The notes under the pieces were generated by a model. It made no database searches. It had not been told where the DNA came from and saw only the letters and a list, made by a program, of their open reading frames with translations. The position numbers and the translations under genes are program-made. From positions 3,040,001-3,104,000 of the forward strand of contig CH464491.1 of NCBI GenBank assembly GCA_000002445.1: a stretch of 64,000 nucleotides of DNA, read 5' to 3'. Below, one piece after another: positions 1 through 9,800 of this stretch; position 1 is the first letter of the stretch; every line of letters begins with the position of its first letter. This DNA comes from Trypanosoma brucei (Eukaryota).

Positions 1-1
1 A

Positions 2-1465
2 CTCGCGAAGCACGAACTTTGGGGTAACGTCTTTGGTGTCGCGGAGGCGGTCGCACCAATGAGCGTTGTGCAGCCCATCAATAGCCTTCGGACGTATATT
101 CAGGCAAATATCGATGTGTGTAACCGCCGATTTTTTCCACTTACACGGGAATATAGGTTCGTTGAGGATCGTGAATTATATGCTGCCTCCCCCCATCTCC
201 CCAGTGTCTACTTGCATCAGTTAGGTGCCAAAGTGTTGGCAAACACCTGTGGTCCATGCGTAGTAGTGGGTGAGCATGTTGTTGTGCCGCCCAATGCCGT
301 GGTGCGTGGTGCGGTACTGGGTAAGGGTGTTTCCATTGGAGATGGGGCGATAGTTGTTGGCTGCGTTCTTCTTGATGGTGCGGTAGTTGGCCGGAATTGC
401 GTACTACGAAACTCACTCATTGGGCACAATACCAGGGTATCAGACAGGGCAGAAGTGCTGAATTGTATTGTCGGCGATGACTGTATTATCGGGAGTGCTG
501 ATGAAACTCATAAGGTTGTCGCGATCACTAGTAGCAGTAGCGACAGCAAAAATGAGGACAGCGCTAGTGTTAACACCGACGGAAGGTGTAGGAGCAATAC
601 GAATGGTGTCTACACCGCTCACCTTGCTGGAGATCAGGGAATTGTGCTTCATGACGTTGTTGTTGCGGTCTGTTCTGCTGTGGATACTGACGAGCGTGTT
701 GTTGGTCGCGGGGGGCTTGGAAGGGTACTGCAGGGGCAGCACATTAACAGCATTGTCCCAACATCTGAACTCTTCTTGCGGGACCCCATTCCACGTAACG
801 CGGATGATAGTGACGTTGGCGATTCGGAAACGGACGATGACGATGATGACGGTGAAGGGACATTTGGTGAGGTGGTTCGTAATTTGTTAGACCAAGCGAT
901 AGGCCAACCGTCTCGCATGGAACACTGTGTGTTCCAAATGAAGAACAGTCGCCTCACCTTTGGTAGGAAAAATCGTGACCTCTGCTATATCGTAACAGAG
1001 CAATTGTTAAAACATGCAATGGGGCAAAACACCGGTGACACGAATGTGTTGATGCAGTCGGTCCGGGACCTTTTTGGCCAGTGGTGTCGTGCGCTTTACA
1101 CCGATGTGGTTACAGGCGATGACGAGATGCAGGCGGTATTGGAAGCTGTGTGCTGCAGCGTTGCGGATCCGGCTTGCCCGCTGCACAAATGTGGCCCTAT
1201 GCTGCTAGAATGCATCTATAATGACTGTGATGAAGACCTATACGAGGAACGTGGCTATTGTATCGTCAGCGGTGAGTCACTCGTAGAATTTGGTACAAGG
1301 ATGGCAAGGCTAGCAGAGCAGCGATGTAATGAGAGCGATGAAGAAGATGAAGAGGAGGAGTTGGATTCTCGTAAGGAGGGTATGTTGCGTGTGGCTCTCA
1401 CTTGCCAGAAATTTATAGCTGATGTGCGCTTCTTCCTCGAAGAAGAAGAGGAGGGAATGTTTTGA
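2..1465 (+). CDS. Translation initiation factor eIF2B epsilon subunit, C-terminal portion (5' partial; reading frame open to window start)
   Basis: The frame is open from nt 2 with no upstream stop, so the gene probably starts outside the window. The protein has left-handed beta-helix hexapeptide repeats (VVGEHVVVPPNAVVRGAVLGKGVSIGDGAIVVGCVLLDGAVVGRNCVLRNSLIGHNTRVSDRAEVLNCIVGDDCIIG). It ends with a W2-type C-terminus carrying acidic/aromatic boxes (DEEDEEEELD ... FFLEEEEEGMF). Hexapeptide repeats plus W2 is the eIF2B epsilon architecture. Confidence 0.6.
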   Translation, partial: LAKHELWGNVFGVAEAVAPMSVVQPINSLRTYIQANIDVCNRRFFPLTREYRFVEDRELYAASPHLPSVYLHQLGAKVLANTCGPCVVVGEHVVVPPNAVVRGAVLGKGVSIGDGAIVVGCVLLDGAVVGRNCVLRNSLIGHNTRVSDRAEVLNCIVGDDCIIGSADETHKVVAITSSSSDSKNEDSASVNTDGRCRSNTNGVYTAHLAGDQGIVLHDVVVAVCSAVDTDERVVGRGGLGRVLQGQHINSIVPTSELFLRDPIPRNADDSDVGDSETDDDDDDGEGTFGEVVRNLLDQAIGQPSRMEHCVFQMKNSRLTFGRKNRDLCYIVTEQLLKHAMGQNTGDTNVLMQSVRDLFGQWCRALYTDVVTGDDEMQAVLEAVCCSVADPACPLHKCGPMLLECIYNDCDEDLYEERGYCIVSGESLVEFGTRMARLAEQRCNESDEEDEEEELDSRKEGMLRVALTCQKFIADVRFFLEEEEEGMF

Positions 1466-2340
1466 AGGGATGGTAGATGCTTACAAACCATATTAGGGTG
1501 TGGACGTGTGGTTGGCAGCGACGGGTAAGGTTCATATGATCTATTGGCAGGTCGCTTGAGACCTTGACAAGCTAACCCAAAGTCTAAGTGATCATAAACG
1601 AAATATTTTATGGATACCCGTTTAAGGTAGGCATCGAAAAACTGGGGAAGAGGAAAGATGAGCAAATAAGATATAAAAGGAGCGAGATCTAGTGGAGCAG
1701 GACACTTAAGCAGCAGCGTCTGGTTTTTATGTGATGCTCCGCCTCGGGAAACGAATCCGAAGTCGGAGCGATTTATCGCAAAGGAAAATACAGTAATTGC
1801 ATCTGCTTCGTTTTTTTTTTTGTAATATCCCTGCGGCGCCTGCGAGCGGTACGGGGAGTGTTATCTCTGTTGCCGGTTTTCCGTTTTTGTGTGCTTAACC
1901 GAGCCGAACACAACTAACATAAGTAGGCAACCCAATTACGTTATGCTCCTCCCCATATGCGTACGCGTGCCTCCTCCTCTTTGTGGTGGCTGTTTTAGTG
2001 GCATTTTTATTTTATGAAATATCACCTTCTGTTGGATGTTCTTCTTGTATATTTAAAAGAGAAAAAAAAAGCGGATTGGTGTTGGTGCTGGACGGTGCTG
2101 TGTCGTCCTGTCTCGAGTTTGAGGTCCCTCGTGCTTGCTCGAAATCGACTATAGGTAGCGTTTCAAGCGAACCGAAGGGAGGAGCGAGGTTACATCGATC
2201 TGCACAGATACGGCACGGGGGTTGTGAAGATATATCGCCATTGTAAGTCGCTTGAGGTTTGACTTCATCTGTACGTGGAATCTGTCACGTTAAGAATCAC
2301 ATTGAGTTAAATCACCTTCAGCATAGGCTCTACTTATTAA

Positions 2341-3603
2341 ATGGACTTTGACACGTCAACTACGTCTGTCACGTCAGCCATGCTCGAGGCACAACAGAAG
2401 ATTAATTCCCTTCGCGAAGATAAGGAATTGTACGCGACCTTGGAAGCGAAGGCCAGCGCGAACTTTGAGCGTCACCGGTCAGAGCTGACGCTATTGTTAC
2501 AGAAGGAACGCGCTATACATGCGGCAGCGGAGGACCGTCTGCGTGCGCAGCTTCAGCAACTGCTTCAGGAGAACGAGGCGGCCCAGGCAGAACTTCAGTG
2601 CGTTCGCGCAGAGCGAGATAACCGCTGCTGCGAGGAGGTGCAACGGCAGCGGCAACAGCGTGAACAACACGAAGAGACGATGCGTCGGGAAGCACTAGAA
2701 CTGCGTGATGCGTTAGCAGTCATTCGAGACGACGTTGAAGTTGCGCAGAAGGAAAAGCACTGGCATGAGATGCAGCTACATGAGGCGCTCACGCTTCAGC
2801 AGGCGCTTCATGCTGACTTCAGAAAGGTTCGTCAGGAGGCTGACGAACTCTCTGCAACGGAGCTCCAGAAAGGGCAACCACAGAAATCGGGAAGGGAAAA
2901 GGTTTTTCTTCCCTGTGGCCCTGCGGATAAGACTTGCCCGGTGAAACCCGCTTCCCACCACATTGCTGCGATTGTGTCCACAGTAGAGCGTAACAACTAC
3001 TATTGGCCACGCCTCTACTACCGTCGTAGGGGTATTCCCTCGCCGCTGGATAGCAGAAGAGAATCCGCGCCGCGTTGCCGGAGCAACAGCAGCAACCCCG
3101 CGGTGGATATCCATAGAAATTCTTCCATAGAGCCATGCCAGGCAACACAACTTGTGGCGTCTCCCATCTTGCCGAAACCCGCGACGGCCGTGCCGGCTAC
3201 GACTGCCTCTCTTTCAATTACCCCTGTAACAGCGCTGGCGGCTGACACTAGCGCAACCTCAACGGTGGCGGCAAAGGTGGACCCCCCTGTAACGTATAGC
3301 GCTCGGAATCTCGACGCAATCTGCCGTTCATTGCTGCGTGAAATACTGCAAATGCGTAAAGAGTACCAGGAGTGTACAGCAGCGCTTAATGACCCTACTT
3401 CAGACACTGTGGAACTCAGTCGCCGCATGCGCAACCTGATGTGTACCTTGGACCGCAAGGTTCACCAACTTCGCAGTCTGCGCCAGCAACAAGCGAAGGT
3501 AGAGGACAAACTGCGAATGCATGATATGCTAATGGAAATCGCAGAGGAAAACAATTACTGCCGGAGTGTTTACAGCGACCTACTGGAGCTTATTCGTTCA
3601 TGA
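2341..3603 (+). CDS. Hypothetical coiled-coil protein
   Basis: ATG-initiated 420-aa ORF. It has long heptad-like Q/E/R/L-rich stretches at both ends (LEAQQKINSLREDKELYATLEAK; RAQLQQLLQENEAAQAELQ) and an S/T/P/A-rich linker. I recognise no enzymatic motif. Confidence 0.5.
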   Translation: MDFDTSTTSVTSAMLEAQQKINSLREDKELYATLEAKASANFERHRSELTLLLQKERAIHAAAEDRLRAQLQQLLQENEAAQAELQCVRAERDNRCCEEVQRQRQQREQHEETMRREALELRDALAVIRDDVEVAQKEKHWHEMQLHEALTLQQALHADFRKVRQEADELSATELQKGQPQKSGREKVFLPCGPADKTCPVKPASHHIAAIVSTVERNNYYWPRLYYRRRGIPSPLDSRRESAPRCRSNSSNPAVDIHRNSSIEPCQATQLVASPILPKPATAVPATTASLSITPVTALAADTSATSTVAAKVDPPVTYSARNLDAICRSLLREILQMRKEYQECTAALNDPTSDTVELSRRMRNLMCTLDRKVHQLRSLRQQQAKVEDKLRMHDMLMEIAEENNYCRSVYSDLLELIRS

Positions 3604-4706
3604 CAAACTTTACACTGTACCACCATATGTTGTCCATGGTATTTGTTTTGTATTTCCCCCTACTGTAATTTTTCTTTCTTTCCATGCACAATTTTGACAC
3701 CGCGAACACCATCCGACGACTCGTTCATACCTTCGTTTGTGGGTGGCCTTTGTAATCTTTAGTCCTTTTCCCTTCACATGTGCATATGATGTCGCACCTT
3801 GTTGGAAAAGGGATATCAACTGACGGGACGGAGGAAAGGCAACAGCCCCTCAGGTTCTGCATTCAATAGACTATAGATAATGAAGCATATGCGTAAGCAT
3901 ACACATACACGCGCGTAAAGCAGTAAAAATTAATGAGTCTACGTACGCACACCCACACACGCACATATATATATAAGTTGTGTATACTTGCATACATATC
4001 TGTATATGCCTGAAGGGGCGTAAGGACGGAGCAGGAAAGAATGAACTGAAGGTGGAGGGAATGGGAAGATGGGATTAGCTGTATATGGTGGTAATGAGAA
4101 GGCATGATGCTAAAGAAGCAGAGACCACTTAGCATAGTTGCTGCAGTGTAGAGTTTGTGCGCGAGGTGTGTTTGTTTGTTTGTTTGTTTGCGTGTTACCG
4201 TTGTTAAGGGTATGAAGTCCTACGTTCGTGATTTTTTTACCCATTGTTATATTGGTTTTTCGTTAGTTTTCTTTTGTGTATGTCTCCGCGGATACTGATT
4301 ATAGATTGCTTAACCTGAGTTGTATGCGTTTGAGTAGGAGCATTCCCAGACCTTTCTGAGAATTTTACCCTGTTTTTTTTTCGACCTTTTCCCGTCCACC
4401 CACCGGTGTCGTGCTGTGGAATCGAAAGGGGAAAAGCACACTCTGGCAGCGGGAAAGGGAAAAAGATTTACATATATTAGAAGGTAGTGAGATACGTGAA
4501 GAAGGAAAGCTGAAACTAACAAAGTTAACGAGAACAAAATAACAGGTAATAATAATTCGATTCTTAAGGGATATCATCAGACTAACACGCAGGGGCATCC
4601 ACCAGAGAAGGAAACACAAACACACAAACACATACATACGAAGAGAAAAAAAAGGCGCAATACAATAAATATCTCTGCAAGACAATAACGCAGATCTTTG
4701 AGCACG

Positions 4707-5948
4707 ATGACTGAAATGCTGAGCTGTTTGGTGCCGTACCTTGATAAGCACTTGGTACTTGGCCTCCTCTATTTTTACGATGATCAGGGTGTCGATGTGG
4801 GTGATGCCCTCCGATTCGTGCAGGCGACCACGGCGCTGACGCCGGAGGGTGAAGTGTCCCTCGAGCAGGAGAACAAAATTCGTGAGACCGCCGAGCGCGC
4901 TCGCCCAGCACTTGACATGTTTTTTGAGCAGAACGTTTCGGACAACTGCACATACCAGTTGTGCCTCACGGAGAGTCGGATTGACGAATTGCGAGGTAAA
5001 GGAGAGTTGTCTCGTGGTTTCCTTGAGAAGGAGGGTATTACCCCCAAGGTTATGACCGCCGTGATGGATTTGGCCTTTTTGTACTACGACGCGGCGCGGT
5101 ACGGGGACGCATCTGAACTACTTTCCTTGTTACAGTGTGTTACGGGATACGAGCTTGGCGAAAGCAAGTTACTATGGGGAAGGCTGGTGTGTGATACGTG
5201 CTCATGCAGATGGCCGTCTGCGATCGCGGCAGCGGAGAAACTGTGGAAACAGCAAGGTGCAGACGGGTCAGAGAACAAGTCAGGAAAGACAACACTCCGC
5301 GGCGACAATGGAACCTCCGTAACGGAGCGAGTGTGGTTGTTGCATTGGGCTCTCTTCCCGTTCTTCAAGGGTGGTAACCAGTACTCCACACATCTGTTGA
5401 ACATTGTCTTTGACAACAAGACGGATTCCATATACCAGTGTGTTGTAGAGACGGTGTGCCCACACTATCTGCGCTACATCTGCGCGGCTGCTATTCTCAA
5501 CACACACCGTCGCTCCGCCCTTCGTAGAGCTGCCGAGATGGTGGGAAGAATTTATGAATATTCCGACCCGCTCACGCAACTTGTGAGGGAAATCACGAAT
5601 TACCGCTCCTTCGAGGACACCCTTGAGCTACTGCCGAAGGTAAGCGAGCTGGCACAAGGTGACTATTTCCTCAATCTGCACGCTGATAATTTGGTCGAGA
5701 ACGCGAAGCGGCTTATTTTCACCCAGTATGTGGTAACCCACAGTGTAGTGTCAATACCATACATGGCGGAAAGGCTAGAAATGAGTGCGGCAGGGGCCGA
5801 GGTGTGGCTAGCTGATCTCATCAGCGAGACAAAGCAGCGTGCAAAGATCGATGCCGTAACAGGTCAAATGTTTGTTGGCTCGCAGGTTCGTTCCGTCCAT
5901 CAAACGGTGCTTGACAGGTTGGAGCCGGTTGACCACGGTCGGCGCTGA
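4707..5948 (+). CDS. EIF3E: Translation initiation factor eIF3 subunit e (Int6), PCI-domain protein
   Basis: Matches metazoan eIF3e blocks as recalled: HLVLGLLYFY vs HLVFPLLEFL, WLLHWALFPFF vs WLIHWSLFVFF, CPHYLRYICAAAILN vs CPHILRYLTTAVITN. The track start at 4698 is a TTG; the first ATG is 4707. Confidence 0.8.
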   Translation: MTEMLSCLVPYLDKHLVLGLLYFYDDQGVDVGDALRFVQATTALTPEGEVSLEQENKIRETAERARPALDMFFEQNVSDNCTYQLCLTESRIDELRGKGELSRGFLEKEGITPKVMTAVMDLAFLYYDAARYGDASELLSLLQCVTGYELGESKLLWGRLVCDTCSCRWPSAIAAAEKLWKQQGADGSENKSGKTTLRGDNGTSVTERVWLLHWALFPFFKGGNQYSTHLLNIVFDNKTDSIYQCVVETVCPHYLRYICAAAILNTHRRSALRRAAEMVGRIYEYSDPLTQLVREITNYRSFEDTLELLPKVSELAQGDYFLNLHADNLVENAKRLIFTQYVVTHSVVSIPYMAERLEMSAAGAEVWLADLISETKQRAKIDAVTGQMFVGSQVRSVHQTVLDRLEPVDHGRR

Positions 5949-6854
5949 TAGAATGGAAAAAGTAGGGGAGCCATGAAGCCGCGTTCAGTGAAGGTTGCGC
6001 GCCGAGGCTACGGTGAGATCGATTCGTGTGCTTGAGGTTTTTCCTTCCGCAAGCAGCGCAAAGGATTATGAGCAGTGGGGGATCGAATATTGTTCGTTCA
6101 GTAATAAAGCGTGAAAGGGAAGGAGGGTGCGAGTGTGTGGAGAATGCGAAAATGGGCATGGGATTATTGAATGGGATATTACGAGTTACCGTCACGTAAA
6201 CGGACATGAGGTGTAAGTGGTGTAGCTTTATACATTGTTGGGGTCCCCCTTTTTAATGTGTTTCTGCATTTCCTACATTTTGGGTGCGTGGGGCTCAGTC
6301 CCATTGGAAACGCAGTTTTGTGGTGAGGATGTTGTTGTTGTGGAGCGCTGCTCCCTTTTGTAAGAACGACACAAGGCTGGTTGTCACTTTCTCCACTGTT
6401 AGGATAGTTGCCTTACTTTCATTTCGGACGGCCTCTTTCGTTAACTTCCCTCTTTCAAGCAATCCTTACACGTATGTTCAAATTCCACCGTTAGCGGGAG
6501 AAGAGTAAGGAAAAAGTTACTTTTTAAATACTCACACATCCAAATAAGAGGGTGAGGTTTTGCATTTGTGTGTTTGCGCGTAAGTGTATGTGCCCACTGG
6601 CATGCAAATGATAGGCCTCCTCCCTGGGGTATGAGGTGCGGGGGATGGAAATGTTTTCTCTGGAGCTGCGACCTCGTCCATGTAGTTTTCTCTCATTTCC
6701 TTCCTAACGGTCTTATCTCCTCCAAAAGGCAAGCGTAAGTTGCCGAGGGGCTCATATTAGATTAGTGACCAATATACTTGTGTCCAAGTTTAGACCTATA
6801 GGAAGTCCTCGCGGGTAACGGGACGCACTGAATAGGTGAACACCACAAAATAAG

Positions 6855-9800
6855 ATGCTTTCAGTTTACAAACCGCGCTTTCTTACGGGAGAAAAGGGAC
6901 GTGGAGACGGACGGGGAGGAAAACACGGAAGGCAAACTTTACTGGGTCCACCGTCCCGGGGAGCCGTATGGCCAGCAGTTGCAGGAGGGGGAGCATGGCC
7001 CATAGCTGCACCGGTGCACCTCAGCCCACTTCCTGTGCCGGTGGCAACGTCGCATTGGGCGCTCTCCGGCTGTCGATTGCCGGCTACCATTCCGACAGGG
7101 AAGCGTTTGATTGGGTCCTGTGTCAATGAGATGAGCAACCTCAACGATTCTGAGAAAGCGATATGTGAGCTCATGGTTGGCTTTTTGGAGCACAAATCTG
7201 CAACTGAGGCCGAGTGTATCATGTCGGAGGTGGACGAAATGGTTTGTTCCCGTCGCTTGCTCTCACAGTACAGTGGTGTGTACGCTAGTAAATGCCCCGG
7301 TGACGCAAATGGAGGGAAAGACGAACCGTTGCGTGGAAAAACTCAGCTTATTCGCTTCCTTCGGCAGCAGCAAGAGGAAAAGGAGGAGCGGGAGAAGAAC
7401 TGGGAGCAGAGGCGGCGCCAGCGCATCGCCAGGGAAGCAGCGGAGAGAAGAGAATCACGAGAGAGGTGGAAGAAAATGTTTCTGCACAACGTAGAGGGAA
7501 AAAGCAAAAGGGAAGCCCTTCCAAAAACAGCTAAGAGAAAGGCACAAATTGGAAGGTGTATCGACAAAGAAGCTGCCAATATAAAACACAAACAACGACG
7601 GTGTGAAGACGAGGACTTTAGATTAACATCTCTAAGCGATTCCACTTTCACTGACTCTTTATGCGGCTACCCACAACATGTGCCGAACGTGGCAAGGCCC
7701 ATCAGAGTGCCAGCTGCAACCGAGCGATTCGCTAATGCAAGCGAAAAACTCACTAGGGAGGTGGCAGGTGCGCAATATATACGAGTCCCAAGGGAAATGC
7801 CGACAAGCATACGCGTCGCTTCTTCTGACAGCGAGAATACGGAAGATATTATCGAAAAAACAGATAAGTTGGTGGGGGACAGGTTAGAGGTGTTCAAACA
7901 ACGGCAAAACACAAACGACACGAGATCCAAAGAATCATTTATTGCAGCAATTCAGAAAAGTTATAGCGCACAGGGTGATGAAAGACCACTCACGACAACA
8001 GAAAACCAGCAGCAAATGACAAAAAAAGATAATCAACTGAGAAGCACAGAAGTGGAGAAAAAAACCCAGGACCCAACATCAATTACAGCTACCATCCGAT
8101 ACACCAAACAGGAGGATGACATCAAAAATAAACAAAACGCCATTTCAGAAAGAGGACTCAGTACATCAACGAACCAAAAACAAACAGAAACATTAATTAC
8201 TTCTAACAATCAACATTCAGTTGATGAGCGCCACCAATCAGACGATCGACAGCACTCCAAACGTTCTGAATCCAAGAAGGAGTTGCAGGAATCATTGCAT
8301 TCCAACAAGTCTGCAGTGAAGGATGGTGAACCTGAACTTGAGGCTTCTCAAGGTTCGAAGAAGTCACAGCGGTCCCGTGAGTCTATTCGTGAGGGTTTTG
8401 CTGATGATTTGCAATCACAGGGTTCTCAACATTCTAAACGTTCTGAATCCAAGAAGGAGTTGCAGGAATCACTACATTCCAACAAGTCTGCAGTGAAGGA
8501 TGGTGAACCTGAACTTGAGGCTTCTCAAGGTTCGAAGAAGTCACAGCGGTCCCGTGAGTCTATTCGTGAAGGTCTTGCTGATGATTTGCAATCACAGGGT
8601 TCTCAACATTCTAAACGTTCTGAATCCAAGAAGGAGTTGCAGGAATCACTACATTCCAACAAGTCTGCAGTGAAGGATGGTGAACCTGAACTTGAGGCTT
8701 CTCAAGGTTCGAAGAAGTCACAGCGGTCCCGTGAGTCTATTCGTGAGGGTTTTGTTGATGATTTGCAATCACAGGGTTCTCAACATTCTAAACGTTCTGA
8801 ATCCAAGAAGGAGTTGCAGGAATCACTACATTCCAACAAGTCTGCAGTGAAGGATGGTGAACCTGAACTTGAGGCTTCTCAAGGTTCGAAGAAGTCACAG
8901 CGGTCCCGTGAGTCTATTCGTGAAGGTCTTGCTGATGATTTGCAATCACAGGGTTCTCAACATTCTAAACGTTCTGAATCCAAGAAGGAGTTGCAGGAAT
9001 CACTACATTCCAACAAGTCTGCAGTGAAGGATGGTGAACCTGAACTTGAGGCTTCTCAAGGTTCGAAGAAGTCACAGCGGTCCCGTGAGTCTATTCGTGA
9101 GGGTTTTGCTGATGATTTGCAATCACAGGGTTCTCAACATTCTAAACGTTCTGAATCCAAGAAGGAGTTGCAGGAATCACTACATTCCAACAAGTCTGCA
9201 GTGAAGGATGGTGAACCTGAACTTGAGGCTTCTCAAGGTTCGAAGAAGTCACAGCGGTCCCGTGAGTCTATTCGTGAGGGTCTTGCTGATGATTTGCAAT
9301 CACAGGGTTCTCAACATTCTAAACGTTCTGAATCCAAGAAGGAGTTGCAGGAATCACTACATTCCAACAAGTCTGCAGTGAAGGATGGTGAACCTGAACT
9401 TGAGGCTTCTCAAGGTTCGAAGAAGTCACAGCGGTCCCGTGAGTCTATTCGTGAGGGTTTTGTTGATGATTTGCAATCACAGGGTTCTCAACATTCTAAA
9501 CGTTCTGAATCCAAGAAGGAGTTGCAGGAATCATTGCATTCCAACAAGTCTGCAGTGAAGGATGGTGAACCTGAACTTGAGGCTTCTCAAGGTTCGAAGA
9601 AGTCACAGCGGTCCCGTGAGTCTATTCGTGAGGGTTTTGTTGATGATTTGCAATCACAGGGTTCTCAACATTCTAAACGTTCTGAATCCAAGAAGGAGTT
9701 GCAGGAATCATTGCATTCCAACAAGTCTGCAGTGAAGGATGGTGAACCTGAACTTGAGGCTTCTCAAGGTTCGAAGAAGTCACAGCGGTCCCGTGAGTCT

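Noticed and set aside
1983-2246. 87-aa + strand ORF in the spacer after the eIF2B-epsilon gene
   Set aside because: No recognisable motif and low-complexity hydrophobic composition. It is not supported beyond being an open frame in a 0.9 kb spacer.
4698-4706. ORF-track start positions at TTG/GTG/CTG codons (4698, 21889, 25234, 26711, 28833, 39155, 46353, 57742 and the small ORF at 468)
   Set aside because: Reading the nucleotides shows these track Met residues are alternative-codon starts. The extra N-terminal residues run through polypyrimidine tracts that look like trans-splicing signals, so I used the first in-frame ATG.
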